Shown: in pieces, positions 1 to 9,296 of the stretch | Layout: every line of letters starts with the position of its first letter | Numbering within the stretch: position 1 is the stretch's first letter | Sequence record: NC_070962.1 | DNA: 64,000 nucleotides | Direction: 5' to 3' (one strand) | Made by a program: the position numbers and the translations under genes | The notes under the pieces: model-generated | Databases searched by the model: none | Told to the model about the DNA's origin: nothing | Seen by the model: only the letters and a program-made list of their open reading frames with translations

Positions 1-1
1 T

Positions 2-1204
2 ATCATCAAGGATCAACTTAGGAAGCATCGGGAAGATATTAAAGTATTGAATCTTAAAAAGGAATCAGTATCTGACAAAGTTTTGATGCAAGAAAACTTT
101 ATTAAAGAACTTGATACCCGAGGAAAGAATACTCTGCAAAAATACGAAGATAAGATTAGTGAGTTGAATATTGATATTGATGTCTTCAATCAGAATAACA
201 AGATTGAGGAGAAAGAAATTCTGAGATATCGAAAAGAACTTGAAAGTGTTCAAGATGCTAAAACTAAAATTCGTACACTTGGTAATCTGAAAGGAAAGAT
301 CTCGCAGAAGATGGATTCCATCAAACGTGAGCAAAATTTCTTTTCAGATAATCTCACTTGTCCTACTTGTGAGCAAACAATCGAAGAGTCATTTCGTACA
401 CAACGATTGAAAAATTCAAATACAAAACTAAAAGAACTGGAGGATGGTTTTGAACAACTTATCGATACTATCAAGTCTGAAGAATTTCGTGAGTCAGTTT
501 ATGACAACATTACGAAATCTATTATGGAGTCCCAAAGTAAAATTAGCACCAATAGTGCTAAGATCTCATCACTACAGGCACAGATAACTGGACTCAATCA
601 TGAGATTAAAACTCTCAATGATCAGTCAACCAATAAGAATGAAGAGAAAGAAAAATTAAATGCTTATAAAGAAAGTCTTGAAAAAGTCTTTGATGATTTG
701 ACGGAGAAGAGAATTAAAGTCTCTAATCACGATTTTCTCCATGAACTTCTGAAGGATAGTGGAGTAAAGTCAAAGATTATTGAAAAGTATCTTCCACTCA
801 TCAATCAACAAGTATCAAAGTATCTTCAGATGATGGAGTTCTACATCAACTTCAAACTTGATGAAGAGTTTAATGAAACTGTTGAGTCACCAATTCATGA
901 AGACTTTTCTTATTCTTCATTCTCTGAGGGTGAAAAACAACGCATTGACCTAGCACTATTGTTTACTTGGAGAGAAGTTGCTAAGATTAAAAACTCTACT
1001 AGCACCAATCTTTTGATTATGGATGAGATCTTTGATTCTTCACTCGATGGATTTGGTACAGATGACTTCCTGAAGATTATTCGTTTTGTTGTTAAGGATG
1101 CAAACGTATTTGTTATTTCTCACAAAGAATCTCTTCATGACAAATTTGATAGAGTTATTAAATTTGAAAAACGTAAAAACTTCTCCCAGATTGTAGAGTC
1201 ATGA
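2..1204 (+). CDS. 46: Recombination endonuclease subunit gp46 (SbcC/Rad50-like ATPase), 5'-partial
   Basis: Frame is open from base 2. Contains a CPTC zinc hook, coiled coil, the ABC signature SFSEGEKQRIDLALLF and Walker B LLIMDEIFDSSLD. Confidence 0.95.
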   Translation: MIKDQLRKHREDIKVLNLKKESVSDKVLMQENFIKELDTRGKNTLQKYEDKISELNIDIDVFNQNNKIEEKEILRYRKELESVQDAKTKIRTLGNLKGKISQKMDSIKREQNFFSDNLTCPTCEQTIEESFRTQRLKNSNTKLKELEDGFEQLIDTIKSEEFRESVYDNITKSIMESQSKISTNSAKISSLQAQITGLNHEIKTLNDQSTNKNEEKEKLNAYKESLEKVFDDLTEKRIKVSNHDFLHELLKDSGVKSKIIEKYLPLINQQVSKYLQMMEFYINFKLDEEFNETVESPIHEDFSYSSFSEGEKQRIDLALLFTWREVAKIKNSTSTNLLIMDEIFDSSLDGFGTDDFLKIIRFVVKDANVFVISHKESLHDKFDRVIKFEKRKNFSQIVES

Positions 1205-2046
1205 AATTTGTAACTTTAGCAGGATTACCTAGAAGTGGATCAACTCTTCTAGGTAATCTTTTACAGCAGCATCCAGATATGACTGTAGAGATGGATTCTG
1301 TTTTGTCCATGATACTTACAAACATGTCTCAACATGCTGAAAAAGTTTATAGTGAAACTCAGCATACAATGAATGAAATGAAAACATTGTATCAGTCTTT
1401 TATGAGAGCAGGAATATCTTCGTGGTTAGAAAATTTATGCAATACTAATGTTTATGTTGATAAGGATAGAAGTTGGGCAGTAGATTTTGATTTATTATTT
1501 AATCTTGTTCCCACAGCAAAGGTAATTTATGTTGTTAGGGACCTGAGAGGAGTTATATCTTCATTGGAAAAAATGGAAACACAAAATAGAGTTATGTCTC
1601 CATCAACTCCAGAACTATATCCATTTGAAACTAGAGAGGAATATCATGACGTTGATTTGATGGATAAAAGAATCGAGTCATATATGAATGGTGATATGCT
1701 TTATACTCCATTATTTGCATTGAAAGAAATTTTAGATTGCGAAAGAAAATATTTGAAGAACTTTAAGTTTGTTAGATATGAAGATTTAATTGAAGATCCA
1801 CAGAAAGTATTATCTAATATCTACAATTTTATTGGTGCTGATGATTATACGAATGATCTGAATAATGTAACGCAAAGATATCACCACGATTCAATATATG
1901 CACCTTGGGGTGATCATACGATACGTCCCAAGGTAGTTTCTAAAAAAGAAACATATGAGTTTCCGTTGATAAAACGGAAATCTCAACATAAAATACTAAG
2001 AGATTACTCTTGGTATTATCAATACTTCTATCCAAATTTAAAATAA
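1201..2046 (+). CDS. Sulfotransferase family protein
   Basis: PAPS-binding motifs GLPRSGSTLL (5'-PSB) and VRDLRGVISS (3'-PB), plus RYEDLIEDP. Confidence 0.85.
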   Translation: MKFVTLAGLPRSGSTLLGNLLQQHPDMTVEMDSVLSMILTNMSQHAEKVYSETQHTMNEMKTLYQSFMRAGISSWLENLCNTNVYVDKDRSWAVDFDLLFNLVPTAKVIYVVRDLRGVISSLEKMETQNRVMSPSTPELYPFETREEYHDVDLMDKRIESYMNGDMLYTPLFALKEILDCERKYLKNFKFVRYEDLIEDPQKVLSNIYNFIGADDYTNDLNNVTQRYHHDSIYAPWGDHTIRPKVVSKKETYEFPLIKRKSQHKILRDYSWYYQYFYPNLK

Positions 2047-2059
2047 TACGAATCCTAAA

Positions 2060-2380
2060 ATGCCAAAAAGAAACAGAAAAAAGAAAGTACTAGCCAGAAT
2101 GGAATGGTTGACTGAATATAAGACAGGAAAACCATGTGTTGATTGTGGTAAAGTTTATGATCCAATCTGTATGGATTTCCATCATGAAGATCCTAAACTT
2201 AAAAAGGATGAAGTCCGAATGTTACTTCGTGACGGTTATTCTATGTCAGTTGTTCAAGCAGAAATTGACAAATGCGTCTTGATCTGTTCCAACTGTCACA
2301 GACTTAGGCATAAAGACGATCCTGTGCCAGATTACAAACTGGACCAGGATCGAGGATCCAAGGCTGTGCTACCACTATAA
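2060..2380 (+). CDS. Small HNH endonuclease
   Basis: CxxC ... DFHH ... CxxCH zinc-finger HNH pattern. Confidence 0.8.
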   Translation: MPKRNRKKKVLARMEWLTEYKTGKPCVDCGKVYDPICMDFHHEDPKLKKDEVRMLLRDGYSMSVVQAEIDKCVLICSNCHRLRHKDDPVPDYKLDQDRGSKAVLPL

Positions 2381-2381
2381 T
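2324..2381 (+). promoter_or_regulatory. Promoter with upstream GTGCCA-N7-AACTG box and TATAAT -10, no consensus -35
   Basis: GTGCCA at 2324, AACTG at 2337, TATAAT at 2376. Spacing is identical to the copy at 5291-5348. Confidence 0.65.
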
Positions 2382-2404
2382 AGGTACATCTGAAACGGAA
2401 AAGC

Positions 2405-4540
2405 ATGTCCATCAACTTTGAGGTCAAAGGTCAACTTGCCAAACTCCTTGCTACTGAGGATCTGGTTGTTGAGCACCGTCATGTTGAGACTGCAATGTTC
2501 AACGTACACACTCGGGTTCTGACACTTCCCATGTGGAAGAAAGCATCTGAGTGTGTTTTTGATATGTTGGTTGCCCACGAAGTCGGACATGCTCTCTTTA
2601 CTCCCGATGAATGGGATTGGGATACTCCCAAACAGTTTGTCAATGTTGTAGAAGATGCTCGCATTGAGAAACTGATGAAACGTAAATATGCTGGTCTTTC
2701 TAAGACCTTCTATCGTGGTTACGATGAACTTGCTGATGAAGATTTCTTTGCACTGGAGAACGAAGATATTCCTTTGATGAATCTTGCCGATCGTGCAAAT
2801 CTTTACTTCAAGATTGGTAACTATGTAACTATTCCTTTCCACAATCCAGAAGAAAGTCGTCTGATCAAAGCAATTGCTGATTGTGAGACTTTTGCTGATG
2901 TTCTGATTGTTGCCGAAGAACTATACAATTACTGTAAGCAAAAGCAAGATGAAAATCTAAATGAGGTTTCACTTGCACCTACTCAAGGATCTTCTGGTTC
3001 TGCTGAAAATCAAAATACATCTGATTCTAGTGGTGGTGAACTAGAGACTGAATCAACTGAAACTTCCGAAGAGGGTGAATCTGGTGAAGATTCTATGCCT
3101 GAGATTGAATCTAGTTCTGGTGGTGGATCTAGTGATCTTGATGTGAAGACTGCTGAGAAACTTCAAGATGCTATCAGTGAACTGATTGATGATTATGGTG
3201 CAGATAATCCTTATAGTGAGGCAACTTATCTGTCTATTCCAAATCTCAATCTGAAGACTGTAGTTTCTTCTAATGAAGAGATCCACAAAATGTGCGATGA
3301 AAATTGGGAGTTGCAGCAAAAACATCCTAGTAGTGTTCGTCATTTAGAATGGGCAGATAGTGAATATGACAAATTCAAAAAATCCGCACAAAAAGAAGTC
3401 AACTACCTCGTCAAAGAATTCGAGTGTAGAAAGTCTGCTAGTGCTTACGCTCGTGCTGCTGTATCTCGGACTGGAGTTCTTGATACATCTAAACTTCATA
3501 CTTACAAATACAATGAAGACCTGTTCAAGAAAGTAACTATTCTTCCTGATGGTAAGAATCACGGTCTAATCTTTGTTCTTGATTGGTCTGGTTCTATGAG
3601 TAGTGTTATGCTCGACACTATGAAGCAACTATTCAACCTCATTTGGTTCTGCCGTAAGGTATCAATTCCATTTGATGTATTTGCATTTACCAATGAATAC
3701 AACTATATGACTTGGGATGAAAACAACAATCCTGTATATCCAGAACCTCATTATGAGAAGAAAGATGCAACTCTTGTAGTCAATGAACATTTCTCTATGA
3801 TGAACATTCTTACCAGCAATGTTAATAACCGAGTTCTTGAAAAGCAAATGAAGTCTTTGCATCGAATTGCATTCTCTTTCACCAAGTATGTTGAATATGG
3901 TGTTCCTGCTCGTATGGGTCTTTCTGGAACTCCTTTGAATGAAGCACTAATTTCTCTTCATAACATTATTCCTGCTTTTAAGAAGCAATACTCTCTCGAA
4001 AAAGTTCAGTGCATTGTTCTGACTGATGGTGAAGCAGCACCTTGCAATCGTCACTCTGAGGTGACATATCCTAATGGTGAACAACATCTTGGAACTCAAC
4101 GTCTACATGCTAACTGCTATGTTCGTGATCGTAAGATTGGTAATACTTACAAAGTGGTAAACTATCACGATTCTGCATATGTTTCTTTTACTAATCTTCT
4201 TCTTACTAACTTGAAAGATAATTTCCCCAATACAAACTTTGTTGGTATTCGTGTTCTTGAAGGTCGTGACTCTGGATCTTTCATCCGTCTTCATTCAGAA
4301 ACGTGGGAAGAAACTGAAGAACTCAAGTCTAAGTGGAAGAAAGATCGTTGTGTCATGATCAAAAACTCTGGATATGATACATATATTGGACTTTCTGGAT
4401 CTGATCTTTCCAACCAGGCAGACTTTGAAGTTGATGAGGGTGCAACAAAAGCAAAGATCAAATCTGCTTTTGTCAAATCTTTGAAGACTAAAAAGGCAAA
4501 CAAAAAAGTTCTAAATGAATTCGTCTCTATGATCGCATGA
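2405..4540 (+). CDS. HExxH metallopeptidase-like / vWA (CobT-like) protein, partner of the MoxR ATPase
   Basis: AHEVGH zincin motif, acidic S/E-rich linker, MIDAS DWSGSM, LTDGE. Confidence 0.8.
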   Translation: MSINFEVKGQLAKLLATEDLVVEHRHVETAMFNVHTRVLTLPMWKKASECVFDMLVAHEVGHALFTPDEWDWDTPKQFVNVVEDARIEKLMKRKYAGLSKTFYRGYDELADEDFFALENEDIPLMNLADRANLYFKIGNYVTIPFHNPEESRLIKAIADCETFADVLIVAEELYNYCKQKQDENLNEVSLAPTQGSSGSAENQNTSDSSGGELETESTETSEEGESGEDSMPEIESSSGGGSSDLDVKTAEKLQDAISELIDDYGADNPYSEATYLSIPNLNLKTVVSSNEEIHKMCDENWELQQKHPSSVRHLEWADSEYDKFKKSAQKEVNYLVKEFECRKSASAYARAAVSRTGVLDTSKLHTYKYNEDLFKKVTILPDGKNHGLIFVLDWSGSMSSVMLDTMKQLFNLIWFCRKVSIPFDVFAFTNEYNYMTWDENNNPVYPEPHYEKKDATLVVNEHFSMMNILTSNVNNRVLEKQMKSLHRIAFSFTKYVEYGVPARMGLSGTPLNEALISLHNIIPAFKKQYSLEKVQCIVLTDGEAAPCNRHSEVTYPNGEQHLGTQRLHANCYVRDRKIGNTYKVVNYHDSAYVSFTNLLLTNLKDNFPNTNFVGIRVLEGRDSGSFIRLHSETWEETEELKSKWKKDRCVMIKNSGYDTYIGLSGSDLSNQADFEVDEGATKAKIKSAFVKSLKTKKANKKVLNEFVSMIA

Positions 4541-5175
4541 ATTATAAAAATATTGTATTAGATAAGCAGACAATTGAAGATATTATTCAATGGGTCAATA
4601 AGGAAGCAAATTTTATAGATAAAAAATATGCTTCTTGTCAAAGTTTGTTTCCATTGATTAATATCTTTCAATGCGAAACCGTAGTTGAGTTAGGAACTAA
4701 TTGGGGATCTTCAACTTCATCTTTATTGGAAAATTGTCCAAGTATAAAAAAACTCTATACAATAGATAATTATCTTCCTTATAAGGATACTGTAAAACCT
4801 TTTGTTGAAGTGAATGCCGATGGTGCTAATTTTTTAAAACTTGCTGCAAGAAAAAATTTTAGTTTTCTTCCTGATTTTCTTCAAGAAAAACTCAATATAA
4901 TTTATGGTGATACTATAGAATCTGTGAAAAAATTTGAAGATAACTCAATTGATTTTATATGGTTTGATGCCCATTTATCTGAGGATCAACTTGCGAATGA
5001 GTTAGAATCATGGTATCCAAAAGTTTCTCATGGTGGAATTGTTGGAGTTCATGACTGTGGCAATAATGGATCACATATGGATAAAGTTGTTTATGATTTT
5101 ATGGAAGGAAAATCTACCGAAGGATGCATGTCATATTTTAATGATACACTCTCTTGGATAAAGGTCAATGACTGA
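4537..5175 (+). CDS. Class I SAM-dependent methyltransferase (Methyltransf_24-like)
   Basis: VVELGTNWGSS, IDFIWFDAH, GGIVGVHD. Confidence 0.8.
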   Translation: MNYKNIVLDKQTIEDIIQWVNKEANFIDKKYASCQSLFPLINIFQCETVVELGTNWGSSTSSLLENCPSIKKLYTIDNYLPYKDTVKPFVEVNADGANFLKLAARKNFSFLPDFLQEKLNIIYGDTIESVKKFEDNSIDFIWFDAHLSEDQLANELESWYPKVSHGGIVGVHDCGNNGSHMDKVVYDFMEGKSTEGCMSYFNDTLSWIKVND

Positions 5176-5347
5176 AAGATTTAGAACAACTGCATGTCCT
5201 TACTGCGGAAAAAATAATACATCTTGTGCTGAAATAGTCAGTTTATCTACAGCATGGATTAGGCAAGCATGTATGATTAAACATAAGGGTGTGCCACTTC
5301 GTGAACTGTCCTCAGACCGTGCCGACGACCCAAGTTCTGGACTATAA
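5168..5347 (+). CDS. Small Cys-rich hypothetical protein (59 aa)
   Basis: Hand-translated MTERFRTTACPYCGKNNTSC...; below the ORF-track cutoff; overlaps the upstream stop. Confidence 0.45.
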   Translation: MTERFRTTACPYCGKNNTSCAEIVSLSTAWIRQACMIKHKGVPLRELSSDRADDPSSGL

Positions 5348-5348
5348 T
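5291..5348 (+). promoter_or_regulatory. Promoter with upstream GTGCCA-N7-AACTG box and TATAAT -10
   Basis: GTGCCA at 5291, AACTG at 5304, TATAAT at 5343; lies directly upstream of the MoxR ATPase. Confidence 0.65.
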
Positions 5349-5370
5349 AACTTCAGTTCAAACAAAGCAA

Positions 5371-6486
5371 ATGACCGTCTCTTCTGAGTACATCCGCACT
5401 TCTCTTCAGGCATTGTATGGCAATCAAGTCACTGCATCTGATATTCGTGCATGGTGTGCTATGAATGGAACTAACTATCAAACCATCACCAATAAAATGG
5501 TTGACTTCAAAGTTGGTCGTGGTAAGTGGAACCTAGAAGTTACAAAGGAGACAGTAAAGGATCTTGAAGTGACTTACAATGCACCTGCAGCAATGCCTGC
5601 AATCGAACAAAACCTTATTCCTAAAAAAGATGATACCTTCGTCAGCTTTGGTAACTTCAGTGATATTAAAAAAATTATCAAGTCCAATCTGTTTTATCCG
5701 ACGTTCATTACGGGTCTTTCTGGTAACGGCAAAACGTTCGGTGTGGAGCAAGCGTGTGCTCAACTTGGTCGGGAACTTATCCGTGTAAACATTACTATCG
5801 AAACTGATGAAGACGATCTTATTGGTGGTTTCCGTCTTGTTGATGGGAACACCGTCTGGCACAATGGCCCAGTCGTGGAGGCACTCGAACGAGGAGCTAT
5901 TCTGCTCCTTGACGAAATCGACCTTGCCAGTAATAAAATTCTCTGTCTCCAATCTATCCTTGAAGGAAAAGGAGTATTCCTTAAGAAAATCGGACGACGG
6001 GTTGATCCTGCAAGTGGATTCAACGTCATTGCCACAGCCAACACTAAAGGTAAAGGTTCAGACGACGGACGATTCATTGGAACTAACGTACTCAACGAAG
6101 CCTTCCTAGAACGTTTCCCAGTCACCTTTGAGCAAGCATATCCTTCACCAACTACTGAAACCAAGATTCTTTATAACGTTGGATGCGAACTTGGTCTCGC
6201 TGAAGTAGATTTCTACAAACGTCTTGCTGATTGGGCAGACATCATCCGCAAGACCTTCTATGATGGTGGTGTTGATGAGATCATTTCAACTCGTCGTCTA
6301 GTTCACATTGTTCGTGCTTTCGGTATCTTTGGAAATAAAATGAAGGCAATTGACGTTTGCACTGCACGTTTTGATGATGAAACCAAGCAATCTTTCATTG
6401 AACTTTACGACAAGATTGATGCTGAGTTCCAGATGCCTTCTGAGGAACAGCAAAAACAAGCTCTTGACTCACACAACTTTTCCTGA
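5371..6486 (+). CDS. cobS: MoxR-type AAA+ ATPase (cyanophage CobS-like)
   Basis: Walker A GLSGNGKT, Walker B LLLDEID, ATANTKGKG, NEAFLERF. Confidence 0.9.
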   Translation: MTVSSEYIRTSLQALYGNQVTASDIRAWCAMNGTNYQTITNKMVDFKVGRGKWNLEVTKETVKDLEVTYNAPAAMPAIEQNLIPKKDDTFVSFGNFSDIKKIIKSNLFYPTFITGLSGNGKTFGVEQACAQLGRELIRVNITIETDEDDLIGGFRLVDGNTVWHNGPVVEALERGAILLLDEIDLASNKILCLQSILEGKGVFLKKIGRRVDPASGFNVIATANTKGKGSDDGRFIGTNVLNEAFLERFPVTFEQAYPSPTTETKILYNVGCELGLAEVDFYKRLADWADIIRKTFYDGGVDEIISTRRLVHIVRAFGIFGNKMKAIDVCTARFDDETKQSFIELYDKIDAEFQMPSEEQQKQALDSHNFS

Positions 6487-6492
6487 TATAAT
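6464..6492 (+). promoter_or_regulatory. Sigma70-type promoter
   Basis: TTGACT-N17-TATAAT. Confidence 0.7.
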
Positions 6493-6506
6493 TTGAAAGG
6501 ATTATT

Positions 6507-7013
6507 ATGACTTCTTGGAGTTTTTTATACGACGAAATGTACGGATCTAGTGACGAAGAAATGTATTTCTTTAACAATGATGGTCGTCCTCTAGCAGACG
6601 ACCGACCTATCTCTGATGACTATATTAACTTCAGTGATACTCTTAACATCAATATGCCTATTTCATCCATGAGTGAAGACCGAATTGACCTAAATCTTGA
6701 TCAACTTGCAAACAATGGTTTTTGGAAGTATGAGGAAGATCTAACTATGAAGGAGGTTCGTGATTACCTTTCTTCAACTTATCAAGCACATTACACATCC
6801 AAAGATAGTAAGACTCAGACACTTGATCTGATTGAGAGTATTGGTGATGCAGAACCATTCTGCCGTTCTAATGCAATCAAGTATCTTTCTCGTTTTGGTA
6901 AGAAGGGTGGAAAGTCTAAGCAAGACATCCTGAAAGCAATTCACTATTGCATCCTCCTTTACCACTTCTCTGGTCTACACAAACAACCCAAAGGTGATTA
7001 TGAAACTTTCTGA
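6507..7013 (+). CDS. DUF3310/SaV-like protein
   Basis: HY...TLDLIESIG...FCRSNAIKYLSRFGKK...DILKAIHY pattern. Confidence 0.7.
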   Translation: MTSWSFLYDEMYGSSDEEMYFFNNDGRPLADDRPISDDYINFSDTLNINMPISSMSEDRIDLNLDQLANNGFWKYEEDLTMKEVRDYLSSTYQAHYTSKDSKTQTLDLIESIGDAEPFCRSNAIKYLSRFGKKGGKSKQDILKAIHYCILLYHFSGLHKQPKGDYETF

Positions 7014-7668
7014 TTCAACTGTTAATATTCTCAAAAACTTTTCTAACATTAACCAGTCTCTTCTATTCAAAGAAGGTAAGAAACTTCGCACCATTAGTGT
7101 GATGAAGAATATTCTTGCTGAAGTTGAGGTAACAGAAGAGTTTCCTAAAGACTTTGGTATCTACGATCTTAACCAGTTTCTAAATGGTCTAAGTCTGCAC
7201 CAGAGTCCTGAACTTGATATTGAGAACGATTCCTACATGGTCATCCGTGAAGGTAAGATGCGTTCTAAGTATTTCTTTGCTGATCCTAATGTGATTATCA
7301 GTCCTCCTGAGAAAGATATTGTTCTGACTTCTGAGGAAATTTCTTTCGATCTCAATACTCAGCAACTAGACAAACTTCTCAAAGCATCTGCTGTTTATCA
7401 ACTTCCAGATCTATCTGTTGTTGGTGAGAATGGTGTTGTCAAACTAGTAGTATCTGATCGCAAGAATGATACTTCCAATGATTTCTCAATCATTGTTGGT
7501 GAGACAGAGCATAAGTTTAGTTTTAACTTCAAGGTAGAAAACATCAAGATTCTTCCTGGTAGTTATCAAGTCTCTATCTCTAAGAAACTTCTTTCTAAGT
7601 TTGTTAATTCTGACAAGAACCTAACTTATTGGATTGCTCTTGAACCTGATTCATCTTATGAGGACTAA
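7000..7668 (+). CDS. 45: Sliding clamp gp45
   Basis: MKLSDSTVNILKNFSNINQS, FGIYDLNQFL; synteny with 44/62. Confidence 0.95.
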   Translation: MKLSDSTVNILKNFSNINQSLLFKEGKKLRTISVMKNILAEVEVTEEFPKDFGIYDLNQFLNGLSLHQSPELDIENDSYMVIREGKMRSKYFFADPNVIISPPEKDIVLTSEEISFDLNTQQLDKLLKASAVYQLPDLSVVGENGVVKLVVSDRKNDTSNDFSIIVGETEHKFSFNFKVENIKILPGSYQVSISKKLLSKFVNSDKNLTYWIALEPDSSYED

Positions 7669-8263
7669 TTTTGTAGAAGTTATTGATGATTTTCTTTCTC
7701 CGTCATATTTTAAACATTTGTCGGAGAATGTTTTTGGTGACGATAATTTTCCATGGTATTATAGTGATGATGCCTCATATCCTGATAGAAATCGATATTC
7801 TATAAATGGATTAGAAAAAAATAATTCATTTGGATTTAATGTATCAATATTTTATGATGGAAAATTTAACAATAACTGCTCAAAAGAAGTAATTAGTTCA
7901 GTTTATCCTTTTGCATTGATGGTAAAAGATAAACTTCGTGCTAGTTCTATTCTGCGTATTAGGGCAGACTTAACTGTGTGGAATCCCACTAATCTAATGC
8001 ATGGTCCTCATGTAGACTATGAAGGTTTCCATTATTCTTCAGTGTTTTATTTGAACGAAACTGATGGAAACACTGTAATCTTTAATGAAAAAGTTCCTAA
8101 CAGAAAGGGAATTTCTCATGTTGATGACTTTTCATTAACAATTAAAGAATCTATTGAACCAAAACCAAATCGTCTGATATTATTTGATGGTACATACATC
8201 CACACTGGTCATTCACCATCAAAACACCAGTGTAGAAAACTTTTAAACTCAAATTACAAATGA
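7658..8263 (+). CDS. 2OG-Fe(II) oxygenase
   Basis: HVD ... YLNETDGNT ... H ... R facial-triad pattern. Confidence 0.75.
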   Translation: MRTNFVEVIDDFLSPSYFKHLSENVFGDDNFPWYYSDDASYPDRNRYSINGLEKNNSFGFNVSIFYDGKFNNNCSKEVISSVYPFALMVKDKLRASSILRIRADLTVWNPTNLMHGPHVDYEGFHYSSVFYLNETDGNTVIFNEKVPNRKGISHVDDFSLTIKESIEPKPNRLILFDGTYIHTGHSPSKHQCRKLLNSNYK

Positions 8264-8787
8264 ACATCTTTGTCACTGACCCTGACCCTTGGAAGTCTGC
8301 AAGGGTTCTTCCTGACAAGCATATCGTCAAGATGCCTCTAGAGACTTGTCAGATGCTTGCTATTGTATGTTCGGAAAAATGGGGTCATGGATTTGGCACT
8401 CTTCCCAGAGCAGACGGAACTCCCTATGCTACTGAGAAGGGTGCTTTTCGTAATCATCCTTGTACTATTTGGGCAAACGATTATGTAATGAACTGGCAGT
8501 GGTTACTTGCTCATGGATTTGCTCTTTGTTCGGAGTATGCTGCTCGTTATGGTAAGGTCCATACCTGCTTTACAACTCTGAATGCTGCAAAGGAAATTCT
8601 TCCTACTGGAGATCCCACAGGACGTAGTGGAAAGGGTCCTAAAGATTTTGTGTTTGCAGGACCAGATGAGTTTAAGTTGGATACTTCAATATCTATCTAC
8701 GACAAATATAAGATGTATATTGCTTCTAAACCTTGGGTAAAAGATAATTATCTTCGGTTGCCCCATCGTAAACCAGAGTGGGTATGA
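8260..8787 (+). CDS. Pyrimidine-dimer DNA glycosylase-like (DenV-related) protein
   Basis: MNIF...DKHIVKMPLETCQML, NHPCTIW, EYAARYGKVH. Confidence 0.75.
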   Translation: MNIFVTDPDPWKSARVLPDKHIVKMPLETCQMLAIVCSEKWGHGFGTLPRADGTPYATEKGAFRNHPCTIWANDYVMNWQWLLAHGFALCSEYAARYGKVHTCFTTLNAAKEILPTGDPTGRSGKGPKDFVFAGPDEFKLDTSISIYDKYKMYIASKPWVKDNYLRLPHRKPEWV

Positions 8788-8788
8788 T

Positions 8789-9295
8789 ATGCAGGTATGT
8801 ACTAATGTTTTGTCTAGTGAATTGCTAGAACATTGTCAAAAAGAAATAATTAAATTATCTGCAGAACAGGTTTGGGGATCTAGTCATCTTCGTTGGAATG
8901 AAAATATAAAAGATGGTATTGTGGGATCTTGTCTGCAATCTTATGTTCCTGAAAAAACCCATGAGATGTTAGTTCATGATTTACATGATGAATATTTTTC
9001 TAATAAGTCTGAGTATCTAATTCAATATTATATTTGGCAACCTAATTCTGGAATTTCATTTCATAATGATAGTTATGATGGTAGAATAGGTGCTACAATA
9101 TATTTGAATGAAACTTGGAATCAAAATCATGGAGGACTTTTTTTATGGTATGATGATCATCCAATTGTTATGAGAGCAATTTCTCCACAACAAAATATGA
9201 TGATTATTAGTGATGCAGAACAAAAACATGCTGTAACTCAAATTTCACCTTTATGTGATGAACCTCGATACACTATTCAAATGTGGATAACTTAA
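8789..9295 (+). CDS. 2OG-Fe(II) oxygenase (prolyl 4-hydroxylase-like)
   Basis: FHND, TIYLNETW...GGLF, HAV, RYTIQMW. Confidence 0.8.
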   Translation: MQVCTNVLSSELLEHCQKEIIKLSAEQVWGSSHLRWNENIKDGIVGSCLQSYVPEKTHEMLVHDLHDEYFSNKSEYLIQYYIWQPNSGISFHNDSYDGRIGATIYLNETWNQNHGGLFLWYDDHPIVMRAISPQQNMMIISDAEQKHAVTQISPLCDEPRYTIQMWIT

Positions 9296-9296
9296 A

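Noticed and set aside
5371-6486. Cobalamin biosynthesis role for cobS
   Set aside because: No cobN or other cob genes are in the window; the MoxR/vWA chaperone interpretation fits better.
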